The position numbers and the translations under genes were made by a program. A stretch of DNA of 57,670 nucleotides from positions 1 to 57,670 of IMG/VR virus record IMGVR_UViG_3300011338_000368; one strand, written 5' to 3'. The notes under the pieces were generated by a model that was given only the letters and a program-made list of their open reading frames with translations, was not told the origin of the DNA and did no database searches. Of the stretch, positions 1 to 9,137 are shown piece after piece; position 1 is the stretch's first letter; the number at the start of each line of letters is the position of its first letter. The DNA is from a virus. Taxonomy: Duplodnaviria > Caudoviricetes.

Positions 1-1
1 G

Positions 2-178
2 CAACCTGCTAAAGATAAACCAACACTAGACATCAGCAGTGACCATTGGGCAGTTACAGAAAAATGGGTAGCGAGTAACCTATCTAAGGGTGCACCTAAG
101 TTAATCGAATTATTGTCAACCAAGAGTATGCTTACAGACTCAGCTAAAAACAAAATAATAGAGCTATGCAATCAGTAA
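2..178 (+). CDS. 3' end of a CDS truncated by the window edge (possibly a single-strand annealing protein)
   Basis: Open frame QPAKDKPTLDISSDHW...IIELCNQ* ends at TAA 176-178 and overlaps the next ATG. Function is guessed only from its position before a RecE-like exonuclease. Confidence 0.5.
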   Translation, partial: QPAKDKPTLDISSDHWAVTEKWVASNLSKGAPKLIELLSTKSMLTDSAKNKIIELCNQ

Positions 179-894
179 TCGAAAAACTAAGGGATGACAA
201 CGAGTACTACAATGGGATAGGAAAGACCTACCTTAGTAACTCAGACATTGGGGACTTGTTGAAGAACCCTAGAATGTTTAAACAAGAGCAAGAGACTACA
301 ACAGCGATGGCTATTGGTAGTTACTTCCACAAGCTTATACTAGAGCCTGAGAAAGCAAAAGAATGCTTAATTGTATATTCATCTACTAGGACTACCAACA
401 TCTATAAGGATGCTACGAATGGTGGCAAAGTAATAGGCATACTAAACAAAGAGGCAGAAGAAGCTGAGTCAATGAAGGATGCGCTGATGGGCAACATGGA
501 CTTCTATAATCTAATCTATGCAGACGGCAACCAATACGAGGTGCCAAGTGTAGGTGAGTTGTTTGGTCTACCGTGGAAGGGTAAGGCTGACATTGTTGGT
601 ACCAAATGTTTATACGACATCAAGACAACGACCAACATTGATAAGTTCAAGTGGAGTGCTAAGGAGTACAACTATGACTCTCAGGCATACATCTATGGTG
701 AGCTATTTAAGAAACCATTAGTCTTCCTAGTCATCGAGAAGGTAACAAACAGAATGGGGATGTTTACCCCTAGCGAAGATTTTCTATCTGCTGGTAAGCA
801 GAAGGTTTTAGAAGCGATGACTGTGTATGAGCGTTTCTTCGGAGACAACAGAACAGATGATGTTGAACAATATTATATCAACGAAATACTTTAA
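166..894 (+). CDS. PD-(D/E)XK exonuclease, RecE/exonuclease VIII-like (DUF3799-type)
   Basis: Motifs LSNSDI, GSYFHKLILEP, KGKADIV..LYDIKTT, YNYDSQAYIY, FLVIEK. Confidence 0.85.
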   Translation: MQSVIEKLRDDNEYYNGIGKTYLSNSDIGDLLKNPRMFKQEQETTTAMAIGSYFHKLILEPEKAKECLIVYSSTRTTNIYKDATNGGKVIGILNKEAEEAESMKDALMGNMDFYNLIYADGNQYEVPSVGELFGLPWKGKADIVGTKCLYDIKTTTNIDKFKWSAKEYNYDSQAYIYGELFKKPLVFLVIEKVTNRMGMFTPSEDFLSAGKQKVLEAMTVYERFFGDNRTDDVEQYYINEIL

Positions 895-904
895 AACAAA
901 TAAG

Positions 905-1105
905 ATGAAAATTACAGCAGTAGAGTGGTTGACTACACAACTTGAAAGGTACTATGGTCATGCAGACATTAAAAACACCACTGCCTTTCTAAGAGCAATG
1001 GAAATGGAGAAAGACCAGATAATGGATGCCTATAACTATGGACAACAAATACCACCATTTGCATACGCAGAACAATATTATAACAAACAATTTAAACAAA
1101 AATAA
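905..1105 (+). CDS. hypothetical phage protein (TAVEWL...EMEKDQI family)
   Basis: ATG 905 follows an A-rich leader. This small-protein motif is frequent in Bacteroidota phages. Confidence 0.7.
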   Translation: MKITAVEWLTTQLERYYGHADIKNTTAFLRAMEMEKDQIMDAYNYGQQIPPFAYAEQYYNKQFKQK

Positions 1106-1107
1106 AA

Positions 1108-1365
1108 ATGATAAAAGATAAAATAATAGAGCAGTACGAGCAAGGTAATATCGTACTAGTACAAAACTGGGGAGACCTAAGAACAGTAAAGTTAGATGAC
1201 TTTATAAACCAAGACGCTGATTCAATGCTATACGACCTGAACATGAATGAAAGGATAGCAATAGAATTAGAGAACATAAACGACCCTAGATGGGTATATG
1301 ATTATGCTGTGACTAAAACTATTAGAGCACTAAAAGCTAGAATAGAACAGCTAGAGAAACAATAA
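1108..1365 (+). CDS. hypothetical protein
   Basis: 85-aa ORF in a tightly packed operon. Confidence 0.7.
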   Translation: MIKDKIIEQYEQGNIVLVQNWGDLRTVKLDDFINQDADSMLYDLNMNERIAIELENINDPRWVYDYAVTKTIRALKARIEQLEKQ

Positions 1366-1380
1366 AATAACATAATTTAA

Positions 1381-1410
1381 TTTGTTATAAAGAAAAAACA
1401 ATTAATTTTA
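1381..1410 (+). promoter_or_regulatory. putative Bacteroidota sigma70-type promoter upstream of SSB
   Basis: TTTG (1381-1384), 18-nt spacer, then TAATTTTA (1403-1410), a variant of TAnnTTTG, in an intergenic gap. Confidence 0.4.
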
Positions 1411-1452
1411 CAACCCTTAAAAGTTCGGCTACTTTAAAAAGCCATAAATATT

Positions 1453-1755
1453 ATGTCAAGTTTAATTTCATTTTCAATCGATTGCTCTAAGATAGACAGA
1501 CAATCATTAAAAGACGGAAAGTACTTAGCCCTAACCATGTCTGTAAACGATGCGCCTTTAAATGGGAATAACGTATCAGTTTTCCAGAAGCAATCAGCAG
1601 AAGAGTCTAAGGCGAAAGAGCCTAGAAAGTACTATGGTAATGGTCGAGTATTTTGGACTGACGGCAAGATAAGCAAGTACGAAGAGACGCAAGGCTCTAG
1701 TGCACCTGCTAGCAATAATCAGCAAGGTAATGATGACGCAGACTTACCATTCTAG
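1453..1755 (+). CDS. single-stranded DNA-binding protein
   Basis: Small OB-fold-like protein with an S/N/Q-rich linker and acidic C-terminal tip DDADLPF, in replication context. Confidence 0.75.
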   Translation: MSSLISFSIDCSKIDRQSLKDGKYLALTMSVNDAPLNGNNVSVFQKQSAEESKAKEPRKYYGNGRVFWTDGKISKYEETQGSSAPASNNQQGNDDADLPF

Positions 1756-2029
1756 GAGGAAATTGCTAAACGTATATTGGGAGTCTATACCTGACGATAA
1801 GAAGGGTATAGACTACTCAACATACAGCTCCGAGCAGTTCGAGAGGATTCTAACATGGGCAATGGATAAGCAGATTGATAGTAGAGAAAAGCTATTAATA
1901 AAAAATGGGCTTACATTTAAGCAAAACAAAATATTTAAAGGAGATGTTGATACTGGTGTTATTATAGACTTTGATACCATAAACAATGAGTCCTTGTTAA
2001 CAATAATAAAATTGATAAACAATGATTAG
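1730..2029 (+). CDS. hypothetical protein
   Basis: ATG at 1730 preferred over GTG 1700; coupled to the next ORF. Confidence 0.6.
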   Translation: MMTQTYHSRRKLLNVYWESIPDDKKGIDYSTYSSEQFERILTWAMDKQIDSREKLLIKNGLTFKQNKIFKGDVDTGVIIDFDTINNESLLTIIKLINND

Positions 2030-2366
2030 TTTAAATGATATAGACAGCAACATTGCTGAGGTAGAAAAGAATGCGGCAGATGATAAAAAGTCTTATAGAA
2101 TACTAATGCTACTGCGAGAGCTCAGGATGTATCTACTAACGGAGCCGTCTGCTGATACGTTGCAGTATAACATTGACAAGCTTAATAGGAAGCTGGATGC
2201 AGAGCTACTAGGTTATGACTATTGGCTAAAACATATATGCAATCCTGCTGTAAAATTAGAGAATAGGAAATCTAAATTCATGTCTGAAAGTGGCATACCT
2301 AAAATAAGAAAGCAGATAAAGAACATGAGGTATTTGCTTGGAGAAATTAACTATGGTAAGCTATAA
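2022..2366 (+). CDS. hypothetical protein
   Basis: 114-aa ORF overlapping its neighbours. Confidence 0.65.
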   Translation: MISLNDIDSNIAEVEKNAADDKKSYRILMLLRELRMYLLTEPSADTLQYNIDKLNRKLDAELLGYDYWLKHICNPAVKLENRKSKFMSESGIPKIRKQIKNMRYLLGEINYGKL

Positions 2367-2661
2367 GGACATTGATAGCATCTTGATTGTCGACTACATA
2401 AACGATAACGGATACCACACTTACATCTATCAGGATGGATTTATGAAGTGTCCAATCATAGGGCTATCAACAAATAGGCGATTAGCCAAGATGGAGCTGG
2501 CTGTAAAAATTAACTTATTAAACAACAGAATTAAAAATGAGTTTAGAATTAAAAATAAAGAGAATATCAGCAAAGAGGTCTCAGCAGGTAGTTTGCATCG
2601 TAGAAAGATTAGCACAAGAGTTAAACCTAGAAGTGTGCGCTACGAAGATAAGTACTACTAA
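2353..2661 (+). CDS. hypothetical protein
   Basis: ATG 2353; overlaps the next ORF by about 125 nt. Confidence 0.5.
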   Translation: MVSYKDIDSILIVDYINDNGYHTYIYQDGFMKCPIIGLSTNRRLAKMELAVKINLLNNRIKNEFRIKNKENISKEVSAGSLHRRKISTRVKPRSVRYEDKYY

Positions 2662-2755
2662 CTACATCCTATTTAAAGTTGATGAATATGCATTCATTAT
2701 AAAAGGCAATTACGCAGAAATTTTAATAAACAAAATAAACGAACTACAATGGTAA
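2537..2755 (+). CDS. hypothetical protein
   Basis: 72-aa ORF whose stop overlaps the primase start. Confidence 0.5.
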   Translation: MSLELKIKRISAKRSQQVVCIVERLAQELNLEVCATKISTTNYILFKVDEYAFIIKGNYAEILINKINELQW

Positions 2756-5106
2756 CAATATTCAAAACATTAAGTGACACGTCTACGCCTTTTTACAGAA
2801 ATGTCGAGGATGTTTTGGATAGAATCAAGTCTGGTAAGTCGAAAGATTTAGTAGAAAAAATTAGAGCCGAAGCAGACAAAGAAGTCAGGGACTTATTAAA
2901 AAAAGGTTTGCCTGCTATTTGCTTCTGCGGAGAGTTTACTAAGCGTAACGATAAATCAATTACGGCTCATAGTGGATTTGTATGTCTCGACTTCGATAAC
3001 TTTGAGTCTACACTAGCATTGGAAATGTACATGGAGGAACTAAAAGAGGATGCATATACATTCTCTGTATTCATGTCTCCAAGTGGTGATGGGCTCAAGG
3101 TTCTCGTTAGGATACCAAAAGACATAGAGAACCACAAACTATATTTTAATGCGCTAAAACGACACTATAATAGCAATAACTTTGATGTGTCTAGCTGTAA
3201 TATATCTAGGGTGTGTTACGAGTCGTATGACCCAAACATTCACATAAACCAAAACAGCAGTGTATGGGAAGAGCAAGCAGAAAAAGAATACGCAATCCAT
3301 ACAAATGATAGCCAGTCAATCAGGCTTAACGACTCCTCAGAGATTATTAGAAGACTAAAGATATGGTGGGAGAGAGACTACGGATTAGTTAAAGGAGAGC
3401 GCAATAAGAACATCTACATCCTAGCGATGGCATTTAATGAGTTTGGTATTGACAAGAACTTGGCGGAGTATGCGATGAGTAACTACTCACAGCAAGATTT
3501 TTCTACTGCTGAGATAAACAATACAATCACTAGTGCTTATAGAAAAACAGATGCATACAATACTAAATTTTTTGAGGACACCAAAAAGATAAACGAGGTA
3601 AAAGCTATCTTAGATAGTGGTGCCCCAAAAAAAGAAGTAAGAGCTAAGTTGCAAGACGCAGACATCTCTGACGATGAAATCAATAATGCAATCGAAACGG
3701 CTGAGAAGGAATGTAATGTCTTCTGGTCGAAGACAGATAAGGGTGTACTAAAGATAACGCATAACTTATTCAAGAGCTTCATCGAGGAGCATGGCTTCTT
3801 TAAATACTATCCTGATGGTAGCAACAACTATGTGTACGTTAGGTTAATCAATAACATATTGTATAACTCTAGTGAAGATGAAATTAAAGATTACATATTA
3901 GCCTATCTAATGAATAGAAAAGATATGTCAATCTATAACTACTTTGCTGATAACACTAGGTTTTTTAAGGATGACTTCCTTAATATGATTGCTACGATTA
4001 AACCAGAGTTTGCTAAGGATACTAAGGACTATGCATTCCTATACTTCAAGAACTGTGTTACAAAAATCAATAAAAACTCAATTGATATTATTGACTACAT
4101 AGACTTGGGTAGCCATGTATGGAAGGAACAAATAATTGATAGAGACTTCTTCATAAGCGAAGATGTTGACTGTGATTATAAAAAGTTTATTTCAAACATA
4201 TCAGGTGGAGACGATAGAGAGTCATCTATAAAGTCAACCATAGGATTTTTATTGCATAGTCATAAGAGTCTAGGGTATTGCCCTGCTGTGATAATCAACG
4301 ATGAGGTTATCAGCGAGCATCCAGAAGGCGGTACTGGTAAGGGTATCTTTGTTTCTGCATTAAACAAGATGAAGAAGGGTGTGGTTATTGATGGTAAAGC
4401 GTTTGCGTTTGATAAAACATTCCCATATCAATTAGTGAGTGCTGACACACAGCTACTAATATTTGACGATGTAAGAAAAAACTTTGAGTTTGAAAGATTG
4501 TTTAGTATTGTTACAGAGGGTATTACGTTGGAGAAGAAAAATAAAGATGCCATTAAGATACCAATGGATAAATCTCCAAAAATAATCATCACAACAAACT
4601 ATGCTATCAAGGGTAATGGTAATTCTAATAATCGTAGGAGATGGGAGCTAGAGTTTAAGCAGTTCTATAATATGTCATTCACTCCTGAGCAAGACTTCGG
4701 CAGGATGCTATTTGCTAGCTGGGATAAAGAAGACTGGATTAAGTTTGATAACTACATGATTTGTTGTTTACAATTATTCTTAGGCAGAGGTCTTATCACA
4801 AGTAGCTTCAATAACATCGAGACTAGAAAGTTTATATCAGAGACAGACCATTCATTTTACGAGTGGATTATGGATAAATTAAGAGACGATGCCCTAGACC
4901 CAATCATACCTAATATAAAAATTAGTAAGTCACAACTATTCAATAACTTCGTTGAAGAGTATCCAGACTTTTCTGTTAGAGGTAGACAAAGTTTATCTCA
5001 ACAAAAATTCTATAAGTGGCTTAGTGTATTCGCTGTATTCAAGTATAAGAAAGAGCCTACAGAGTCAAGAGACCATCTAGGTAGACACATAATATTCAAT
5101 AGTTAA
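2749..5106 (+). CDS. primase-helicase (VirE-N/BT4734-like primase domain, PriCT-like domain, P-loop helicase)
   Basis: KKGLPAICFCGEF..R, HSGFVCLDFD, SPSGDGLKVLV, SRVCYESYDP; GERNKNIY; Walker A GGTGKG, Walker B LLIFDD, IIITTNY. Confidence 0.9.
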   Translation: MVTIFKTLSDTSTPFYRNVEDVLDRIKSGKSKDLVEKIRAEADKEVRDLLKKGLPAICFCGEFTKRNDKSITAHSGFVCLDFDNFESTLALEMYMEELKEDAYTFSVFMSPSGDGLKVLVRIPKDIENHKLYFNALKRHYNSNNFDVSSCNISRVCYESYDPNIHINQNSSVWEEQAEKEYAIHTNDSQSIRLNDSSEIIRRLKIWWERDYGLVKGERNKNIYILAMAFNEFGIDKNLAEYAMSNYSQQDFSTAEINNTITSAYRKTDAYNTKFFEDTKKINEVKAILDSGAPKKEVRAKLQDADISDDEINNAIETAEKECNVFWSKTDKGVLKITHNLFKSFIEEHGFFKYYPDGSNNYVYVRLINNILYNSSEDEIKDYILAYLMNRKDMSIYNYFADNTRFFKDDFLNMIATIKPEFAKDTKDYAFLYFKNCVTKINKNSIDIIDYIDLGSHVWKEQIIDRDFFISEDVDCDYKKFISNISGGDDRESSIKSTIGFLLHSHKSLGYCPAVIINDEVISEHPEGGTGKGIFVSALNKMKKGVVIDGKAFAFDKTFPYQLVSADTQLLIFDDVRKNFEFERLFSIVTEGITLEKKNKDAIKIPMDKSPKIIITTNYAIKGNGNSNNRRRWELEFKQFYNMSFTPEQDFGRMLFASWDKEDWIKFDNYMICCLQLFLGRGLITSSFNNIETRKFISETDHSFYEWIMDKLRDDALDPIIPNIKISKSQLFNNFVEEYPDFSVRGRQSLSQQKFYKWLSVFAVFKYKKEPTESRDHLGRHIIFNS

Positions 5107-5109
5107 TAT

Positions 5110-6717
5110 ATGTATAATTTAAGAGAACCGCAGGTAGATATCCTGAACCTAATAAGAGAAAGGATATCTGCTGGCGATAAAAAAATATTAGTACACGCAC
5201 CAACTGGGTTCGGTAAAACTGTCATAAGTTACTCTATGATAGATGGTGCCGTTAAGAAAGGTAAGCGAGTGTTGTTTACTAACCATAGAATACAATTAGC
5301 ACAGCAGTCAAGAGATGTATTCGGTAGTTTGCCAGTATCTTACCTGCAAGGTTCAACTAAGGAGCATGAAAATTATAAATGCTTAGTTGCCACACTACAG
5401 ACGGTGATTGATACGGATATAGATGCCCCAGATATTGTAATCATAGACGAGGTTCACTATTCATACGAAGGCAATTTAACGCAGTCGTTATTTGATAGGT
5501 TCCCGAATGCTATATTTATTGGTCTATCTGCAACACCAGTTACATCTGATGGATATTTGTTAGAAGGCTTTGACTCGATTGTAAGTAAGTACCAAACAGG
5601 AGACTTAATATCTCTGGGCTGGCTTACACCATTCGTTGTACTAGCGCCATTTAGGATTGATTTAAGCAGTGTTAAGGTAAGCGGCTCAGATTATAACGCA
5701 GAAGAGTTAGAGGGCGTTATCAATAAGGATGACATCAACAATAGCATACTTTCAAACTATCTGGAATACGCATCAGGTAGAAAGTTTGTTGGCTTCGGTG
5801 TTAATAAAAAACATTGCATTGATTTATGTTCTATGTTTAATTCATTTGGGGTTCCATCGGCTATTATAACATCTGAAACCACAGATACAGATAGAGCATT
5901 AATATTAAAACATCTGAAGCAAGGAAAGCTAAAGGGTGTGTTCAGTATTGAGATACTTACTGCTGGATTTGATGAGCCAACGATATCATGCGTCATCCTA
6001 GCGATGGGGACTAAATCATGGCGTAAATACATTCAATGCGCTGGTAGAGGTATCAGGTTAAGCGATGGGAAGAAAGACTGCATTCTGTTAGATTTCTGCG
6101 GGAATGTTGAAGAGCATGACATGCCAGACAAGCGTAAGGAGTTTAAACATAAGAAGCAGATAGGTAGAGTCATAGACAGAGAGATTGGGATTAAAAGTAT
6201 AGAAGACAATGTAGCTGAAATAAAAAACAGTATAACAAAAGAAAAACTTATATATCTAAAAAAGATTTCATCTTTGCTGGACTTATATGAAGGTAAGGTT
6301 TACCGAGACGAGTCAGAGCTTCAGGAGGATGTAAACAACTTCCTTAAAAAGACTGGGTACTATTGGTGGAGACAGAATAGTGGTAAGATGTTTAAGGATG
6401 GCAGATGGATACATTTTGCATCTAAGAATGGATTGCCAGACAATTCTGTTTTCTTTGATAACACATCTTTCTTTTTTGGCTTAGAGTTGAAGATGAACAA
6501 TGGAAGACTTACTGAATACCAAAAAGTAACACTACCAGAGATGGCAAGTCATAATATTGTTTACTTTATATGCTATAGCGTATACCATGTTTACTTGGCA
6601 ATAGAACACATATCTAAACATGTAACCAGAACAAATGACTCAGTGACAGTAGACATGGGAGTGTATAACTATCCAGACTGGCAAAAAGAATTAAGAACTA
6701 AATATAAATTAAACTAA
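5110..6717 (+). CDS. SF2 (DEAD/DEAH-like) helicase with C-terminal VRR-NUC nuclease domain
   Basis: APTGFGKT, IIDEVH, LSATP, LTAGFDEP, YIQCAGRGIR; C-terminal ESELQ..WRQNSG..GLPD..LELK..GRLTEYQK. Confidence 0.9.
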   Translation: MYNLREPQVDILNLIRERISAGDKKILVHAPTGFGKTVISYSMIDGAVKKGKRVLFTNHRIQLAQQSRDVFGSLPVSYLQGSTKEHENYKCLVATLQTVIDTDIDAPDIVIIDEVHYSYEGNLTQSLFDRFPNAIFIGLSATPVTSDGYLLEGFDSIVSKYQTGDLISLGWLTPFVVLAPFRIDLSSVKVSGSDYNAEELEGVINKDDINNSILSNYLEYASGRKFVGFGVNKKHCIDLCSMFNSFGVPSAIITSETTDTDRALILKHLKQGKLKGVFSIEILTAGFDEPTISCVILAMGTKSWRKYIQCAGRGIRLSDGKKDCILLDFCGNVEEHDMPDKRKEFKHKKQIGRVIDREIGIKSIEDNVAEIKNSITKEKLIYLKKISSLLDLYEGKVYRDESELQEDVNNFLKKTGYYWWRQNSGKMFKDGRWIHFASKNGLPDNSVFFDNTSFFFGLELKMNNGRLTEYQKVTLPEMASHNIVYFICYSVYHVYLAIEHISKHVTRTNDSVTVDMGVYNYPDWQKELRTKYKLN

Positions 6718-6718
6718 T

Positions 6719-7018
6719 ATGGAAACAATAAATAGTATTGAACAAAAAATATGTGACCACTTGGGTGTTGTTCCTGAGTTATTAAAAGAAATGGATGGGA
6801 CAACAACTCCTGTTATGATAAGGACTGTTATTTCTAAAATAGCTAAAGACTTATGTGGGGCTACATGCCTACAATTAAGAGACCATTTTAATAAAAAATG
6901 TCATACTACAATTCTAAGCTACTGGAAGCGGATGAGAAGCATTGAAGACGTAGAGAAGTACGACCCAGTAATGTTTAAAATGTACACAGAATGCATTAAC
7001 CTTTTTAAAAATAAATAA
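6719..7018 (+). CDS. divergent DnaA C-terminal (domain IV)-like HTH protein
   Basis: I..KICDHLGV..ELL ... IRTVISKIAKD...LQLRDHFNKKCHTTILS resembles the DnaA RDHTTV helix. Confidence 0.55.
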   Translation: METINSIEQKICDHLGVVPELLKEMDGTTTPVMIRTVISKIAKDLCGATCLQLRDHFNKKCHTTILSYWKRMRSIEDVEKYDPVMFKMYTECINLFKNK

Positions 7019-7019
7019 G

Positions 7020-7223
7020 ATGACAGCAAAAGAAAAAGCAAAAGAGTTAGTTGATAAAATGTATATGCCTGAAAATATATATCAAGGGCATGAACTTGCC
7101 AAACAATGCGCAATTATAGCAGTAGATGAAATAATTGAACAAAATAATATTTGGATTAATCATACAGGTAAGGGTACTAATAATTATTATGAACAAGTAA
7201 AAACAGAAATTGAAAACTTATGA
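7020..7223 (+). CDS. hypothetical phage protein (MTAKEKAKELVDK...AKQCAIIAVDEI family)
   Basis: Common small Bacteroidota-phage protein pattern. Confidence 0.7.
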   Translation: MTAKEKAKELVDKMYMPENIYQGHELAKQCAIIAVDEIIEQNNIWINHTGKGTNNYYEQVKTEIENL

Positions 7224-7315
7224 AAAACCATAGAGCAGCAATAATTATAGTCGTGACATTGCTATTAATGTCAGCATGTAGCCACATTATAAGTATAAAC
7301 TTAAATATAAATTAA
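7220..7315 (+). CDS. 31-aa putative lipoprotein-signal peptide
   Basis: MKNHRAAIIIVVTLLLMSAC-SHII...: basic N-region, hydrophobic core, lipobox-like Cys; start overlaps the previous stop. Confidence 0.4.
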   Translation: MKNHRAAIIIVVTLLLMSACSHIISINLNIN

Positions 7316-7385
7316 AAAATGGCATATAACGGTTGGGTATAAACCATCGTTTTAATGTGGTTTATACCTTGTTATAAGCCGTTTT
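7316..7385. mobile_element. attC-like recombination site (integron-cassette type)
   Basis: TATAAC-GGTTG-GGTATAAACCA-loop-TGGTTTATACC-TT-GTTATA: AAC...GTT outer boxes, an 11-bp perfect inner stem and an asymmetric unpaired spacer. Confidence 0.65.
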
Positions 7386-7420
7386 ACTTAAAATAAATTT
7401 AATAACTAAAAATAAATAAT

Positions 7421-7843
7421 ATGGGAAGCGTAATTGATTACATTGAATGTCCAAGATGCAAACAAGAAAATTGCATAGACGATTTTTACTACAAAACAGG
7501 TGAAGAATATATTAACTGTCCTGATTGTGGTTTTCACAGAGTATTTCATTATAAAAGAGATACTGATGGTAATTTTTTAAGAAAAGACGAAACAAAGGGA
7601 TATGAGTTTAATAACTTAATACCCGAAGAAATCCATCTTGAAAATCCTTATGGAGCATATAGGGTTGAAACAACTCTCGGAGGTGCTACTTGTGGAACAT
7701 TAGAAAGTGATGATGATTACCAAAAATTTGTTTCTGAAATAGTATCATTAACAAATCAAGAACACAATATAAAAGAGGCGGTAATTAGCAAATTAGTCGG
7801 AGATAAAATCGAGAAAGAGATTGTGTTCCAAAATGGCTTATAA
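7421..7843 (+). CDS. double Zn-ribbon hypothetical protein, cassette-borne
   Basis: CPRC and CPDCG motifs; flanked by GTTATAAGCCGTTTT and AAAATGGCTTATAAC. Confidence 0.75.
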   Translation: MGSVIDYIECPRCKQENCIDDFYYKTGEEYINCPDCGFHRVFHYKRDTDGNFLRKDETKGYEFNNLIPEEIHLENPYGAYRVETTLGGATCGTLESDDDYQKFVSEIVSLTNQEHNIKEAVISKLVGDKIEKEIVFQNGL

Positions 7844-7879
7844 CTCACTTATAGACGCAATAAAAAAACATAACTAACT

Positions 7880-8053
7880 ATGTATCAATTTGTAAAGATA
7901 ACCATTGATGACCGTATCTATTTTTTTAGTAAACCGCATCATCTATACCACGAAGGGAAACTTTATAAAGCATTTGTACATGGTAGCCAATTAGCATGGA
8001 AAATAAAAAATAAATTAATCACTTATAATAAACTAAAGCATGATAGCATATAA
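7880..8053 (+). CDS. hypothetical 57-aa protein
   Basis: MYQFVKITIDDRIYFF...HDSI*, below the ORF-track cutoff; fills the gap and overlaps the next start. Confidence 0.55.
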   Translation: MYQFVKITIDDRIYFFSKPHHLYHEGKLYKAFVHGSQLAWKIKNKLITYNKLKHDSI

Positions 8054-8339
8054 GTTAATCAGGAAGCTAAAAGATGGCAGCCTATCACCACTATTCATAA
8101 ATAAAAAAAGCAGGATACCAATTGGTATTTGGTTAGATGCAGAAGAACATCCAACTAAAGGTTTTGCATTAAGAAAGGGTTGGCATTGCGTACTAACCCC
8201 AATTGCCCCACATCTTTCAACTAAGAATAGAGTTTGGGTAAAAGTTAAATTAGAAGACACTGAGTTATACAATAGACCAGAATCACAGGGTGGCACTTGG
8301 GTGTTAGCACAAAGGATGAAAGTTATTTGTGAAATCTAA
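8040..8339 (+). CDS. conserved hypothetical phage protein
   Basis: YKLIRK..DGSL.PLFIN, HPTKGFA.R.GWHC, RPESQGG.W motifs. Confidence 0.7.
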   Translation: MIAYKLIRKLKDGSLSPLFINKKSRIPIGIWLDAEEHPTKGFALRKGWHCVLTPIAPHLSTKNRVWVKVKLEDTELYNRPESQGGTWVLAQRMKVICEI

Positions 8340-8364
8340 AATGAAAATAAATAAAAACTAAAAT

Positions 8365-8724
8365 ATGATAACGATAGAAGAGATAGTAAAAATAGTATGT
8401 GAAGTAACGCATACTCCAGTAGATAGAATACTATCTAAGTCAAGAGAAAGGGTCTATGTATTGCCTAGACAAATAGCACAAACAATTGCGACAATCAGAA
8501 CTGGAATGCCCCTAGTGAAGATAGGTGAATACTTTGATAGAGACCACTCAACTATAATCCACTCTAAGCAGTCGGTAGAAAATTGGATAAGTCAAAGGCA
8601 CCTACCTATTGAAGCTAGTGTGTATATTGAATGCCTAAACAAAGTTACCAACTATGAGAGGGATAATTACAATATAATAAGCGCAAGTATATTATTAACA
8701 CCACATACAGTACCAACATGTTAA
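8365..8724 (+). CDS. DnaA C-terminal domain IV-like DNA-binding protein
   Basis: ITIEEIVKIVCE...ILSKSRER..VLPRQIA...PLVKIGEYFDRDHSTIIHS matches the DnaA domain IV signature; no AAA+ domain. Confidence 0.85.
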   Translation: MITIEEIVKIVCEVTHTPVDRILSKSRERVYVLPRQIAQTIATIRTGMPLVKIGEYFDRDHSTIIHSKQSVENWISQRHLPIEASVYIECLNKVTNYERDNYNIISASILLTPHTVPTC

Positions 8725-9137
8725 GAGAAGTCGAAATACCAGAAGCACAATTTGACGAAACAAATAGAGACAAGATTTTACAGCTGGCCTACATCCAAGC
8801 GTTAGCGCTAGAGGCAACGCTAGACCTAATGGGCGATGAAAGGGTTACAGTATTTGGTAAGCCATTGGTTCAAAAAGAATTGAAGGTAAAACTAAAACAG
8901 CTCAGACCAATCTTAGAATCATTCTATTTAAAGTTTAATAAGTATGGCCAATCGCAAGTAAACTTGATAGACGCTGTAAGTAACTGTCAAGATTTATTTA
9001 AAGCAATGGTAATAGTTGGCATAGATAGTCTAAGTACAATTGGTGCATGTATTAATCTAAGGCACTTCAATAAACCACTATGGAATACGCTTACAACAAA
9101 TATTTTTAAATCAGATTTAATCAGCAGGGAGGTATGA
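8718..9137 (+). CDS. hypothetical protein
   Basis: 139-aa ORF, coupled on both sides. Confidence 0.7.
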   Translation: MLREVEIPEAQFDETNRDKILQLAYIQALALEATLDLMGDERVTVFGKPLVQKELKVKLKQLRPILESFYLKFNKYGQSQVNLIDAVSNCQDLFKAMVIVGIDSLSTIGACINLRHFNKPLWNTLTTNIFKSDLISREV

